Shown: positions 27,940 through 38,144 of the stretch, piece after piece
Position numbering within the stretch: position 1 is the first letter of the stretch
Layout of the letters: each line of letters opens with the position of its first letter
From: an uncultured archaeon
Lineage (GTDB): Archaea; Aenigmatarchaeota; Aenigmatarchaeia; CG10238-14; SCSR01
Direction: 5' to 3'
NCBI GenBank assembly: GCA_964601215.1
Contig: CAZRMN010000001.1
Location: forward strand, 334-64,333
Length of the DNA stretch: 64,000 nt
Position numbers and translations under genes: made by a program
Notes under the pieces: generated by a model
Database searches by the model: none
What the model was told of the DNA's origin: nothing
The model's input: the letters and a program-made list of their open reading frames with translations, nothing else

Positions 27940-29007
27940 ATGAGTAAAATAGAAAATTATCTTTTACTCATGTTTTCTATGAAAGGTGTGGGTAAGAGAG
28001 TTGACTTAAAGCATGTAAAGGAAAAAATTTCTCGTGACATAAAAAAGATTTCAGAAAAAGAAACCAAGGAAATTCTTAGAAAGCTTATAACTCAAGGTCT
28101 ACTAGAGGAAGTTAACGGCTTGTATGGAATTACCAAAAAAGGAAAGGAATATTTTGCTAAAAGGATAAAAACAGTAGAAGAAGAGTTGAAAAAAATAAAT
28201 CGAGCATGGGTTATTGTTTACAAAGCTAAACAGTATTATCCTGTAGTAGCAAAAACAGTTTTTGAATTTTGCAAGGATAGATACGTAGGTTTTTACTGCT
28301 TGTTTACTGAAAAAAGATTTTTTAGAAGGGATTTTAGAGGCAAAAAAATAGTTTTGAATTCGATAAAAGACTTGTTATTCTTTATCAACATCCATTGTAT
28401 AGATGTAATTCCTTGCGTACATAGGATAGGAAAGGAAAGACCGGACTGGCTAGTTTTAGATATAGACCCAGGACCAAAAGTAGAGTTTGAAAAAACAAAA
28501 GAAGTTACAAGAATAGCTTTTAAAATATTTGAAAAACTTAAACTAAACCCTGCTCTTAAATTTTCTGGCTCTAGAGGTTTTCAAATATGGTCTTTAATAA
28601 AAGATTTTGAAATTCCAGAAAATTACAAACCGATAGAATTAAAGGGGGGTAGAAAAAGAGAGAAGAACTATTTTACTCTTTTTTCAGATTTCGTAAGAGC
28701 AATTCAAAAAGAGGTAGATAAGAAAATTCCAGGTTTAACAACTTCTGAAACTCTAGGGAAAAAGGAGAGAGAAGATAAGATTCTTTTTGATCCTTCTACC
28801 ATGAAACCTTTAGGTTTGGTAAGATCGCCTTATGCTGTTCATTCCAAGACTGGTCTAGTTTCTCTACCTTTAAGCCTGAAGGATTTGAAAAAATTTAACC
28901 CAGAGGATGCAAGTATAGAAGAAACGATAAGAAGATATGAAAAAAAGGGGAATGAGTTCAATTTGAAAGAATCGAACCCGAACAAACTTCTTTCTCTTTT
29001 AACTTAA
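27940..29007 (+). CDS. wHTH domain fused to an archaeo-eukaryotic primase (PrimPol/LigD-Pol-like) domain
   Basis: AEP motifs VLDIDPG (DxD), FSGSRGFQIW (SGxRG) and VRSPYAVHSKTG (motif III). Confidence 0.5.
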   Translation: MSKIENYLLLMFSMKGVGKRVDLKHVKEKISRDIKKISEKETKEILRKLITQGLLEEVNGLYGITKKGKEYFAKRIKTVEEELKKINRAWVIVYKAKQYYPVVAKTVFEFCKDRYVGFYCLFTEKRFFRRDFRGKKIVLNSIKDLLFFINIHCIDVIPCVHRIGKERPDWLVLDIDPGPKVEFEKTKEVTRIAFKIFEKLKLNPALKFSGSRGFQIWSLIKDFEIPENYKPIELKGGRKREKNYFTLFSDFVRAIQKEVDKKIPGLTTSETLGKKEREDKILFDPSTMKPLGLVRSPYAVHSKTGLVSLPLSLKDLKKFNPEDASIEETIRRYEKKGNEFNLKESNPNKLLSLLT

Positions 29008-29047
29008 CAAATACATATCTTAAAAATAAATAATAATATTAGAGAAA

Positions 29048-29338
29048 ATGCCTGTAAGTAAAGCTCCTTATAAGAGAACTTATGCCCACACCAAGTCAAG
29101 AGGAAGGGAAAGTGTAATTACTTGTGGGCTTTGTGGTAGAAAAGTCCCTAGATACAAGACTTTTGTTGTTACTAAAAGGTTTAGGATTACAGATCCGCTA
29201 ATAAGACAACAAGTTGACAAAAGGTTCATTCATCTTTTAAGTCAAAAAATTAGAGTTTGCCCAAAGTGTGCGAGATTTTTAGGTATTGCTCAGCCTGGCA
29301 AAAGCGTACGAAAAAAACACAGAAGGCTAGGAAAATGA
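29048..29338 (+). CDS. rps26e: Ribosomal protein S26e
   Basis: Two CxxC pairs (CGLCGRK and CPKCARF) with a basic N-terminus, in the S26e pattern. Confidence 0.7.
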   Translation: MPVSKAPYKRTYAHTKSRGRESVITCGLCGRKVPRYKTFVVTKRFRITDPLIRQQVDKRFIHLLSQKIRVCPKCARFLGIAQPGKSVRKKHRRLGK

Positions 29339-31044
29339 TTGAAAAATTGAAAAAATATAAAGGTATTTTGTATAAAAAACTTTTTAAAGAAAAAGAGAAA
29401 GAATTAGAACTTCCTGGATTAGTCTTTAAAAGAAGTATTATCAAAGAACTTCCAGATATAAAAGATACAAAAAAAGTTAATATCACTTATCCTTTAATCG
29501 AACCTTTTGCTTATGCCCAAATTAAATGGGATGATAAAAGAGAAGAGCTAGTTTATAATGTTATCGAACCTAAGCTAAGCAAAAAAGAAAAGGATATTCT
29601 TAAAAAAATTTCAGATGCTTTAATAGAGTTAATTGAAGTTGAGCTGAGTGCGATAAAGGATAAGAAAAAAGCAATGGAATACTTAGAAATGCACATAAAA
29701 AAAATTAATAAAGAATTCGGTCTACGTTTGGATCAACTCACATACGTTAAACTTATGTATTACATTTACAGAAACTTCATAGGTTTTAACGAAATAGAGC
29801 CCTTACTCCAAGACCCTTATATTGAGGATATAAGTTGTGATGGAGTGAATACTCCGATTTACATAATCCATAGGAAGTTTGGCTCTTTAAGGACTAACAT
29901 AATTTATGAAAATGAGGGAGATTTGAAAGAATTCATAGTAAAACTAGCTGAAAGGTGTGGAAGATATGTAAGCTATGCTGAACCAATATTGGCTGGAACT
30001 CTTCCAGATGGTTCGAGAGTTTCTGCAACTCTTGCAGGAGATGTAGCTACCCGTGGTCCAGTTTTTACAATAAGAAAATTTACAGAAAAACCTATTTCGC
30101 CAATAGAGCAAATAGAATTGGGAACAGCTTCTGCAGAGCTTTTAGCATACTTGTGGTATTTGATCGAACATAGAAGATCCATACTAATAGTTGGTGGTGT
30201 AGCAACAGGCAAAACTTCTTTTCTTAATACTTTGTGTATGTTCATCCCACCAGAAGCAAAAATAGTTTCCATAGAAGATACAAGGGAAATTAGAATTCCT
30301 CATGAGCACTGGATTCCTGTTCTAGCAAGGACTGGTTTTGGAATTCCCACACCTACAGGAATTAAATATGGTGCAGTAACTCTTTTTGATTTACTAAAAG
30401 AAAGTTTTAGGCAAAACCCTGATTATGTGATAGTTGGAGAAACGAGAGGGCCAGAAGCTTATGTAATGTTCCAGGGAATGTCTTCAGGGCATCCTTCCTT
30501 AAGTACTTTTCACGCTGGAAGTGTTGATACAGTAATCAAAAGATTAACTACTCCTCCAATCCAACTTTCCCCAACTCTCATAGAAGCTTTAGATGTAATA
30601 ATCATAATGGTTCATGCAAAAGAAAAGGGAAAATCCGCAAGAAGAATTAGAGAAGTTGTGGAAATAGAATCTGTAGATCCAAAAACTGGGGAAGTAAAAA
30701 CAAACTTAGTTTTTAGGTGGAATCCAGCTGCTGACACTTATGAAAAAGTTTACAATAGTATAAAAGTAAAAAAAATTATTGAAGAAAGAGGCGGAAATTT
30801 AGAGGATGCTCTTGCAGAAATAGAAAAGAGAAAAAGACTTTTGGAACTTATGAGAAAAAAAGGAATAAAAGATTTCTTAGAAGTTACAAGGATTATAAGT
30901 TTGTATTATAAAGAAGGGGAGAAAGTTTTTGAAAGGCTTTTAGGAAAAGAAGTGTCTCAACCAATAAAAATTAGAAAGAATATAAGAAAAAAGTTTGTGC
31001 CATTCTTACAACTTTTGGGTTTTAAGTTTTTAAGGGAAGGTTAA
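29335..31044 (+). CDS. FlaI/TadA-like type IV filament assembly ATPase (second copy, no intein)
   Basis: Walker A GGVATGKTSF, IEDTREI, DYVIVGETRGPEA, His box SSGHPSLSTFHAG. ATGA overlap with S26e. ORF-track start 29257 replaced by the ATG at 29335. Confidence 0.75.
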   Translation: MIEKLKKYKGILYKKLFKEKEKELELPGLVFKRSIIKELPDIKDTKKVNITYPLIEPFAYAQIKWDDKREELVYNVIEPKLSKKEKDILKKISDALIELIEVELSAIKDKKKAMEYLEMHIKKINKEFGLRLDQLTYVKLMYYIYRNFIGFNEIEPLLQDPYIEDISCDGVNTPIYIIHRKFGSLRTNIIYENEGDLKEFIVKLAERCGRYVSYAEPILAGTLPDGSRVSATLAGDVATRGPVFTIRKFTEKPISPIEQIELGTASAELLAYLWYLIEHRRSILIVGGVATGKTSFLNTLCMFIPPEAKIVSIEDTREIRIPHEHWIPVLARTGFGIPTPTGIKYGAVTLFDLLKESFRQNPDYVIVGETRGPEAYVMFQGMSSGHPSLSTFHAGSVDTVIKRLTTPPIQLSPTLIEALDVIIIMVHAKEKGKSARRIREVVEIESVDPKTGEVKTNLVFRWNPAADTYEKVYNSIKVKKIIEERGGNLEDALAEIEKRKRLLELMRKKGIKDFLEVTRIISLYYKEGEKVFERLLGKEVSQPIKIRKNIRKKFVPFLQLLGFKFLREG

Positions 31045-31920
31045 ATGCTAACCTACAAAGGATTAGCAACATATTTGTTTGGAGGAATTGTAGACAGATA
31101 TGGGAGTGCATTCTCTTTTGTAAAGGAGAGTCTACCAAAAGCAGGAATGAAAATTCCTTTTAGAAGTTATATGAGCATGGTTTTTTTCACTTCTGTAATA
31201 GTTTACTTTTTAGGTTTGGGAATAGTTTATTACATTTTTTTAAATATTATCCCAGTTTCTCTTGTCTTGTTTTTAATCTATTTAATTTTCATTCCAACTC
31301 TTATTTCCATGACTGTATTTTTTTCTCTCTGTTTTATTCCTTATCAAAGAAAAATAAGTAAGAAGCGTGATATAGAAACAAACTTACCTTTTGTTTTAAC
31401 TCACATGGGAGCTATAGCCGAATCGGGTGTGCCTCCAACAGTAATATTTAGAGTTATTAGTCAGTTTAAAGAATACGGAGAAATTTCAAAGGAAATGAAA
31501 AAAATAGTGAATTATATAGATGGATTTGGAATAGATCCTGTGACTGCTGTGAAAGAGGTTGCTAAAAGAACTCCTTCAGATGAATTCAGACAAGTTCTTT
31601 TAGGTTTTATCACTACAACAGAATCTGGTGGTGATATAACCGCTTACTTGAAAAATGCAGGAGAAAGAGCTTTGTTCGAATGGCGAATGAAAAGACAAAA
31701 ATTCTTACAACAACTTACTACTTATGCTGAGTTTTATACAGGTCTACTAATTGCTGCACCACTTTTTATCATAACTTTGTTTGCCGTCATGAATCTTGTT
31801 TCTGGAGCTATGCCAGGTTATAATTTACTTGAGCTCATGAAACTTAGCATTTATTTAGTAATACCTATCCTTAACATAGGATTCATCTTTCTTTTAAGAG
31901 GAGTTGAGGTTGAAATATGA
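31045..31920 (+). CDS. T2SSF-domain membrane protein (TadB/FlaJ-like)
   Basis: Polytopic; follows the ATPase directly. Confidence 0.5.
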   Translation: MLTYKGLATYLFGGIVDRYGSAFSFVKESLPKAGMKIPFRSYMSMVFFTSVIVYFLGLGIVYYIFLNIIPVSLVLFLIYLIFIPTLISMTVFFSLCFIPYQRKISKKRDIETNLPFVLTHMGAIAESGVPPTVIFRVISQFKEYGEISKEMKKIVNYIDGFGIDPVTAVKEVAKRTPSDEFRQVLLGFITTTESGGDITAYLKNAGERALFEWRMKRQKFLQQLTTYAEFYTGLLIAAPLFIITLFAVMNLVSGAMPGYNLLELMKLSIYLVIPILNIGFIFLLRGVEVEI

Positions 31921-32738
31921 ATACTAAATATATCCTGATATTAATTACTGGGATTTGTCTCGCAAGTATAATCATTTACATAAATTTTATGCTATTTTTT
32001 GAAGAAAAAAACATATTCACTCTTTTAAACGTTATTGCTGCTTTATTAATTCTTTTGCCAATAATCTTAGAAAGATATCAAGAGTATAGAAGAGTTAAGG
32101 AAATAGAGGAAATGTTTCCTGTTTTTCTCAGAGATTTAGTAGAGAATGTAAGGAGTGGAATGAGCATACCTCAAGCCTTTAAGTCTGTTTCTTCAAACGA
32201 TTACAAAATCTTAAGTGTTTACGTTAAAAAGATGGCTGCGCAGATGGACTGGGGAATAAGTGCTGAAAAAGTATTACTCAAATTTGCAAAAGAGAGTAAA
32301 TCCAAACTTATAGGGAGGATAATCTCTTCTGTTATAGAAAGTCATAGGTTCGGTGGAAATCTTACAGACACTTTAGAAGCTCTAGGTAAAACTGCAATTG
32401 AGGTAGAAAAGCTAAGAGCAGAAAGAAAACTTTACTTACAGTCACAGCTTACTACTGGTTACATAATCTATTTTGTTTTTTTAGTAGTACTGATAGTTCT
32501 TGAAAAGTTTTTAATTCCTAGTTTTGCACAAGCTGGAAGTGAAATAAAAGGACTTCAAATTTCTAAAGCTGAAGTTATCGAAGAATATAAAAATATTTTC
32601 AGGAATTTAATAATCATCCAAGGCTTTTTTGCTGGTTTAACTGTTGGTAAAATGTCAGAAGGTGCTGTAGTCGCTGGAATTAAACATAGTATTTTCATGA
32701 TAATAGTAGGACTTTTAATTTACTCAGTATTCACTTAA
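31917..32738 (+). CDS. T2SSF-domain membrane protein (TadC/FlaJ-like)
   Basis: Polytopic; 4-nt overlap with its paralog. Confidence 0.5.
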   Translation: MNTKYILILITGICLASIIIYINFMLFFEEKNIFTLLNVIAALLILLPIILERYQEYRRVKEIEEMFPVFLRDLVENVRSGMSIPQAFKSVSSNDYKILSVYVKKMAAQMDWGISAEKVLLKFAKESKSKLIGRIISSVIESHRFGGNLTDTLEALGKTAIEVEKLRAERKLYLQSQLTTGYIIYFVFLVVLIVLEKFLIPSFAQAGSEIKGLQISKAEVIEEYKNIFRNLIIIQGFFAGLTVGKMSEGAVVAGIKHSIFMIIVGLLIYSVFT

Positions 32739-33214
32739 AGAACTTCGCTTGCTTGAACCTCATCATAAATTCCGTAGGCTGAACAATTAGTAGTAACTCT
32801 TATTACATCATAGTTACTAGAAATCGAAACGTTGAAAAAATATATTTCTCTTGGTTTTATAGTTAAGTTTGAAGACGTGCAAGGGACTACAGAATTGTCA
32901 ACTAAACATAAATTTATTTTGTGGGTCGAAAAGTTTGTATAAACAATTTGTAAAGAAATATCTCCTAATGGTATCCATCTATTATTTTCAATTCTTCCAG
33001 AAAGATGGTAAGTTGAAGAATTGTAAACAAGATTAGAAAGAGAAATTCCTCCTCTTGAACATTCTAACTGTTTTAAAGCTTCCTGCTCCACACTTTCGGA
33101 AGTTGTAGTAGTAAAACTCGTAAGCCATAAACTAAGAATTGTAGCAACAGTTATAGTAAAGGCTATCAATAATACAGTAGCAATTAAGGGAGATATACCT
33201 TTTTTCATTGACAT
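32735..33214 (-). CDS. Archaeal type IV pilin (class III signal peptide). Start adjusted to MSMKKGIS
   Basis: KKGISPLIATVLLIAFTITVATI. Confidence 0.55.
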   Translation of the reverse strand: MSMKKGISPLIATVLLIAFTITVATILSLWLTSFTTTTSESVEQEALKQLECSRGGISLSNLVYNSSTYHLSGRIENNRWIPLGDISLQIVYTNFSTHKINLCLVDNSVVPCTSSNLTIKPREIYFFNVSISSNYDVIRVTTNCSAYGIYDEVQASEVL

Positions 33215-33633
33215 GGTGATTCTTTCGTTACAGTTGGACAATGAGTAGTAACGGCAATCTTGTTATATGGCCATGGAACGTTATTTACTGTAAACCCTCT
33301 GTAAGTGTTTGGGGGTAATTTCTGATTCAACGGAAAAGATTCAACATTAGGACCTCCGGTGAAAACATAAACCGTTAGGTTCTTCAATTCAACAGACATC
33401 TTATTATATAAGATCAAACTGATGTTCGCTAGATTAGTTGTGTTTGAAACCACACCACAGGAGTATATATCAAAATCTGCAGCTAAGCACTCTCCGTAAG
33501 TTTCGTTTGGAGTTTCTGGCAAGGAAACTTTTACGAATTGAGATGCCCAATAAGTCAGAACTGTTGCTATAGCCATAGTTGCTGCTATCAGTAGAACCGC
33601 TGCCACTAATGGAGAAATACCTTTTTTTGCCAT
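33205..33633 (-). CDS. Archaeal type IV pilin (class III signal peptide). Start adjusted to MAKKGIS
   Basis: AKKGISPLVAAVLLIAATMAIATV. Confidence 0.55.
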   Translation of the reverse strand: MAKKGISPLVAAVLLIAATMAIATVLTYWASQFVKVSLPETPNETYGECLAADFDIYSCGVVSNTTNLANISLILYNKMSVELKNLTVYVFTGGPNVESFPLNQKLPPNTYRGFTVNNVPWPYNKIAVTTHCPTVTKESPCQ

Positions 33634-33689
33634 AATAAAATTTTCTTTCTCTGTTAATAAATATTTACTCACTAAACAGAATTTAAATT

Positions 33690-34277
33690 GTGAGAAAGGC
33701 ACAGGCTCAATTAGTTGGATATTTAATCACTATTTTACTTGGAATAGTTCTTTTAGTGAGTACTATAGCTATAGTAGTTTATTTTTATGAAGTTTCACTT
33801 AGAGACGAAATAAGAAAAGAATTAAGAGAACTAACCCTTCAAACTTTTGATTCTATTTTAAAACTTTATGAGATAGGTAAAAATTCTAATGTAAACCCAA
33901 ATAATTACTCAAGTATATTAATCGCTGAATCATATTTAATCCTACCTTCAAGTGTTTCTAACAGAAATTATGAGATTATTTTAGTTTCTCCAGGCTTGCA
34001 TTGGCAAACTCTCTCGAATTTTTCTGTTAATGGAAAAAATACAAGCTTTGTAGAAGAAACTCAGGTAGCAAAAATAATAGCCAGAACCACTCAAGACCCT
34101 TTAGAAATTGTGGAAAAAGAATTACCAAACATTAACATAGAACTACAAGGAAAATGTGAAAATGGAAAAGAAGCAAAACTTAGGTACTATAGGTATAATG
34201 TTAATGGAAGTGTATATGATAAAATTACTTTAGGAAAAGCTGAGATTTTAATTGATATAGAAAATATAAGCTGGTGA
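33690..34277 (+). CDS. Pilin-like protein
   Basis: N-terminal RKAQAQLVGYLITILLGIVLLV. Confidence 0.4.
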   Translation: MRKAQAQLVGYLITILLGIVLLVSTIAIVVYFYEVSLRDEIRKELRELTLQTFDSILKLYEIGKNSNVNPNNYSSILIAESYLILPSSVSNRNYEIILVSPGLHWQTLSNFSVNGKNTSFVEETQVAKIIARTTQDPLEIVEKELPNINIELQGKCENGKEAKLRYYRYNVNGSVYDKITLGKAEILIDIENISW

Positions 34278-34278
34278 T

Positions 34279-35106
34279 ATGCCTTCCCAAATAGATTTTG
34301 CAATTGCAGCAGGAATTTTTATTGTTTTTCTTGTTATTTTGATTTCTTATTTGTTAAACTATTTGGGAAATTATTCAAGTGTGCTAACAAGCTCTGAGTT
34401 AAGAACAACAGCTTATAATATTTTTAATATTTTGTTTGGAACAAAAGGAGTACCAGAAAACTGGGAAGAAAAAAATTACACTCCTGTGCAAGTTGGATTG
34501 GTTACTGATCTAATTAAAGTTCCAATAGTAGTAAAAGAAATCTATGGAAAAAATTTTACAAATTTTTTGGTAAGTGTAGAAAATTTAAAGCTTGATACTC
34601 ACTTATGGAATTCCACTATTAGAGTTTATGATGAAGATGGAAATGAAGTAAAGTATGATTTTGATGAAATTTATTACGACTCTTTTGGTTTTGTTAAAGA
34701 GCTAAGCATTTCTTTTTTAACAAATTTAACCGCTTACCAAGAAAAAAAGTTTTATATTTATGGGTCAAGGGATAAGGCTATAGTTTTTAAGAATTATACA
34801 CTCAATGAATGGTGGAATTCTTCTTATGAGTATAGAAAACCTATAGTTTTAGTTGAGATGTTAGGTCAAGTTAGAAATAATGAGTTGACTAGTAAGCATA
34901 TAATTTTTGACAAAAATTGCGAACATAAAATTATAAATTCTAGTTTAAGGGTTGTAGATGATAACGGTCAAAGCATAAGTTTTTTCATTTCTAATGCAAC
35001 TTATTGTGCTGAAAATCAGTTAAAAGAAGCTGACATTTGGTTTAACGTTAGCATTTCTGCTAATACTCATACTGTTTATTGGGTTTATTTCAATACTTTA
35101 AAGTAA
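34279..35106 (+). CDS. Pilin-like protein
   Basis: N-terminal PSQIDFAIAAGIFIVFLVILI; many NxS/T sites. Confidence 0.4.
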   Translation: MPSQIDFAIAAGIFIVFLVILISYLLNYLGNYSSVLTSSELRTTAYNIFNILFGTKGVPENWEEKNYTPVQVGLVTDLIKVPIVVKEIYGKNFTNFLVSVENLKLDTHLWNSTIRVYDEDGNEVKYDFDEIYYDSFGFVKELSISFLTNLTAYQEKKFYIYGSRDKAIVFKNYTLNEWWNSSYEYRKPIVLVEMLGQVRNNELTSKHIIFDKNCEHKIINSSLRVVDDNGQSISFFISNATYCAENQLKEADIWFNVSISANTHTVYWVYFNTLK

Positions 35107-35160
35107 ACCTTTTCATGATAATTACTCTCTAATTTTTCGAAATTCTACTAAGAAGTACAA

Positions 35161-36372
35161 TTAACCTTGAGCATGAGCTCTAATTTCTTCTTCTGTCAAA
35201 GCTCTGGAATAAATTCTTACTTCATCTATTAAACCTTTGAAATATCCGTCCCATCTTCCAATTTCCAAATCTCTTTCTGGCTCACTTATCGAACCTTTTA
35301 GAGTAGTAGTTCTTGCTTGTAAGGTTCCATTTATATACATTTTCATTACTCCATTACTATCTCTTGTAACAGCCAGATGAATCCATTTGTTTAGTTCAAC
35401 AGGAGAATCAGACCATATTATTCCTAGCCCTCCTCCTTCTGTTCTAAGCCATAAGTTCCATGTTCTTGAACCATTATTTATTCCTAACAAATAACCATTT
35501 GGCCAATATTTAGCTACAATTCCAGGATATTTTCCATTCCAGCCTAATGGATAAACCCAAGCTTCTATAGTTATTTCCCCGCTTATTGTTAAGCTTGAGG
35601 AATTAGGAACAAAAACATAGTCATCTACTCCATCAAAACTTAAACAAGAACCAGAAATACAATTTGTAGACCAAGTTGCTCCATAAATAGTTCCATCATT
35701 TCCTAAGCCTGAAGAATCATAAGCTATGTTACCAGAGCCTTCATCAAACTTCCAATAAGCATTGGCTTCAACACACTTTCTTTCTACACAATAGAAAGGC
35801 GAAGCACAAAGTTTATCTAAATACTGCGTCTCGTTTATGCAACACTCAAAAGGACATTCTACTTTTGGAACGCATTGCCTATTATCACAATAATAGTTTG
35901 GATCTTCGCAAGGCTTATCATAATACCTCTCTTCATTCATACAACATTCATAAATACAATCAAATTTAAGGTAAGGATCTAGTTTTATGTATAAAGTGTT
36001 ATTAAAAGAATCATAAAACCAAGTATTCTTTTTTAATTTTTCTAATGAAGAAACATTTCCAATTTCTGACCCGTTTAAATAAACCCTTAATGGTTTTCCT
36101 GTATGGACTTGAATAATTTCACCAGTTTTAATATCAGTAGCTAAAGAAATTCTATTTGGTTCAAAAGTAATTTCTTTAATCTTTTCGTATAGGTCTGTCA
36201 AAAGGTTCAGATTTGGAAATTTAACCCAAAACTCAAAAAAGTTAAACACAATATCATACAAACTTTTTTTCACATTTACTTCATAATTACCCTGAGTATC
36301 TGTTGAATTTATAGAAACTAAATTTCCATTTTGATAAACTTCTATGTTAGCTTGTATTAACATTACTTTCAT
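35161..36372 (-). CDS. Cys-rich surface protein segment with a LamG/ConA-like domain; probably the C-terminal part of a frameshifted larger gene
   Basis: LamG-like GSCLSFDGVDDYVFVPN...IEAWVYPLG...IDEVRIYSRALTEEEI. N-terminus continues a CarbopepD_reg-like domain begun in the upstream ORF. Confidence 0.45.
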   Translation of the reverse strand: MKVMLIQANIEVYQNGNLVSINSTDTQGNYEVNVKKSLYDIVFNFFEFWVKFPNLNLLTDLYEKIKEITFEPNRISLATDIKTGEIIQVHTGKPLRVYLNGSEIGNVSSLEKLKKNTWFYDSFNNTLYIKLDPYLKFDCIYECCMNEERYYDKPCEDPNYYCDNRQCVPKVECPFECCINETQYLDKLCASPFYCVERKCVEANAYWKFDEGSGNIAYDSSGLGNDGTIYGATWSTNCISGSCLSFDGVDDYVFVPNSSSLTISGEITIEAWVYPLGWNGKYPGIVAKYWPNGYLLGINNGSRTWNLWLRTEGGGLGIIWSDSPVELNKWIHLAVTRDSNGVMKMYINGTLQARTTTLKGSISEPERDLEIGRWDGYFKGLIDEVRIYSRALTEEEIRAHAQG

Positions 36373-38080
36373 TCTTTAATCTTCCATAAATTTTTACTTT
36401 TTCTGATTCTATAATAACATCAAAGTTATTAACACTTTGAGAATAAGTAATTGGGGTTGATTTAGTTCTATAACCAAATTTTCTCACTACTAAATCACAA
36501 GAACCTGTGAACGGTAAACTTATGATATAATTTCCATCTTCATCACTAACATTTCCATAATTGTTACAAGAAACTATCGCTCCTTGTACTGGCATATAAT
36601 CACTACCGTGAAGTTCTTTTATTTTGCCAGTTATTTTAATTGGAAGGTTTCCTCCATAAGTAGTAAAATTATAGACTTTGCTAGTAACTATACCAGAATC
36701 ATCTTGACTCTGAACTCTAAAATAGTAAGTCTTTCCTGGCTGCAAATTTTTTAAAGTTATTGCATGAGTGTATACTTTTGAGTTATTTTGAACAATAAAT
36801 CCAGGTATATGTTTAATTTCCCAATAAGGAAAACCGTCTCCCCATGAACCACTTGTTAAGTTTGAGATGAATAAAGACGAAGAATTATACTCTACTTTAC
36901 TTGTAGTTGGTTTATCTGTAATCCAAGTAATAATAGCTTCTGAAGAATATGGAAAAACACTTACATCTCCTAAAGAAAAAGTTTCTGGGAGTTCTATAAG
37001 TCGGAAATAAGATCTTATGTCAGGATGATCCTCAGGACTTCCTGGTCCACCATATACCCAAATGATCCATCCGTCACATCCAACTTCTCTACATGCTTCA
37101 ATTTTAGCTTTTAATTGTTCTGGAGTTGTTGGGCTTACATCTTTAGAGGTCCATTTGACTATTGGAATTTTTCCTTCGGGTCCATCAACAAAAAATTTAG
37201 AGCTATTGGTAAAATATTGAGTATACGCGTTAACATCGTTTGTATAACCCATGGGAGCAACGAAATCTAAAAGACCTTTTCTTACCCAATTTGCAGTATC
37301 CTGTCCTATATCATATCGCCAATACGCATAAGCGTTTTGTGAAAAAATCGTAAAAACTGCGGCTGAAAATTCTAAATCTGGGTTAATTGCTAACATCCAT
37401 TTTCTTACATCTTCTACCATTTTAGTTATAGGAGTAACTCTCCATTCCATCCATTGTCTATGATATTTGCCTCCAGGGCATACATCAGTTGGCCAATTCT
37501 CAACTTTTATACCAGTATCATTTTCGAACCATTCCTTACAATAAGCGGAATAGGATTCTTGAGAGGAGTATCCAGTTTCATCATATCTTATATAATCAAA
37601 CATGAATCCGTCTATATCATAGGTTGCTAATTCTGTCGTTAAATTTTTTATTAATTCTCTTACTTTTGGATGACAAGGGTCTGCCCAATTAACTGTTTCA
37701 TTATTACAGTTCACGACTTTCCATTCTTCAGGAATCGGTTCATTTTTTGGAAAACCAGACCATATAAAAAACATAAGCATCAGAGCATGAACTTCTATTC
37801 CTTTAGAGTGAGCTGCTTGAATTGCAAGTGCTAGATCGTCTTGAGATGACTTATGAGGAACATATTTACTCGGATAAAGAGCACCGTAAAGCCATGTAGA
37901 ACCAATAACTATTGTGTTAATATTATAATCTTTAGCCAAGTTAGTTACAGTTTCCCAGTCTACATTTCCACCTATCAGAAAACCTCTTATTTCACTTCTA
38001 TTAGCTATAGCTCCTGCAAGCTTGATAAATAAAGGTGAAATTAATAAGAATCCTAAAAATAGTGCTAAAAGATTCCTCAT
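36347..38080 (-). CDS. Secreted glycoside-hydrolase-like family 10 (GHL10) TIM-barrel protein with FN3 and carboxypeptidase-regulatory-like domains
   Basis: Signal peptide, IDGFMFDYIRYDE (GHL10 motif), FN3-like TYYFRVQSQDD, and CarbopepD_reg-like GAIVSCNNYGNVSDEDGNY. Confidence 0.5.
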   Translation of the reverse strand: MRNLLALFLGFLLISPLFIKLAGAIANRSEIRGFLIGGNVDWETVTNLAKDYNINTIVIGSTWLYGALYPSKYVPHKSSQDDLALAIQAAHSKGIEVHALMLMFFIWSGFPKNEPIPEEWKVVNCNNETVNWADPCHPKVRELIKNLTTELATYDIDGFMFDYIRYDETGYSSQESYSAYCKEWFENDTGIKVENWPTDVCPGGKYHRQWMEWRVTPITKMVEDVRKWMLAINPDLEFSAAVFTIFSQNAYAYWRYDIGQDTANWVRKGLLDFVAPMGYTNDVNAYTQYFTNSSKFFVDGPEGKIPIVKWTSKDVSPTTPEQLKAKIEACREVGCDGWIIWVYGGPGSPEDHPDIRSYFRLIELPETFSLGDVSVFPYSSEAIITWITDKPTTSKVEYNSSSLFISNLTSGSWGDGFPYWEIKHIPGFIVQNNSKVYTHAITLKNLQPGKTYYFRVQSQDDSGIVTSKVYNFTTYGGNLPIKITGKIKELHGSDYMPVQGAIVSCNNYGNVSDEDGNYIISLPFTGSCDLVVRKFGYRTKSTPITYSQSVNNFDVIIESEKVKIYGRLKNESNVNTS

Positions 38081-38144
38081 GAATTAATGTTGGGTTTTAA
38101 AATAATTATTTGTATGTTATCAAGCTTAATTATATAGGGGAAAA

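Noticed and set aside
35161-36372. BHB intron as the explanation for the split GHL10/LamG gene
   Set aside because: The frames differ by a single-nucleotide offset within 26 nt, which is too small for an intron. Frameshift or sequencing error is more parsimonious.
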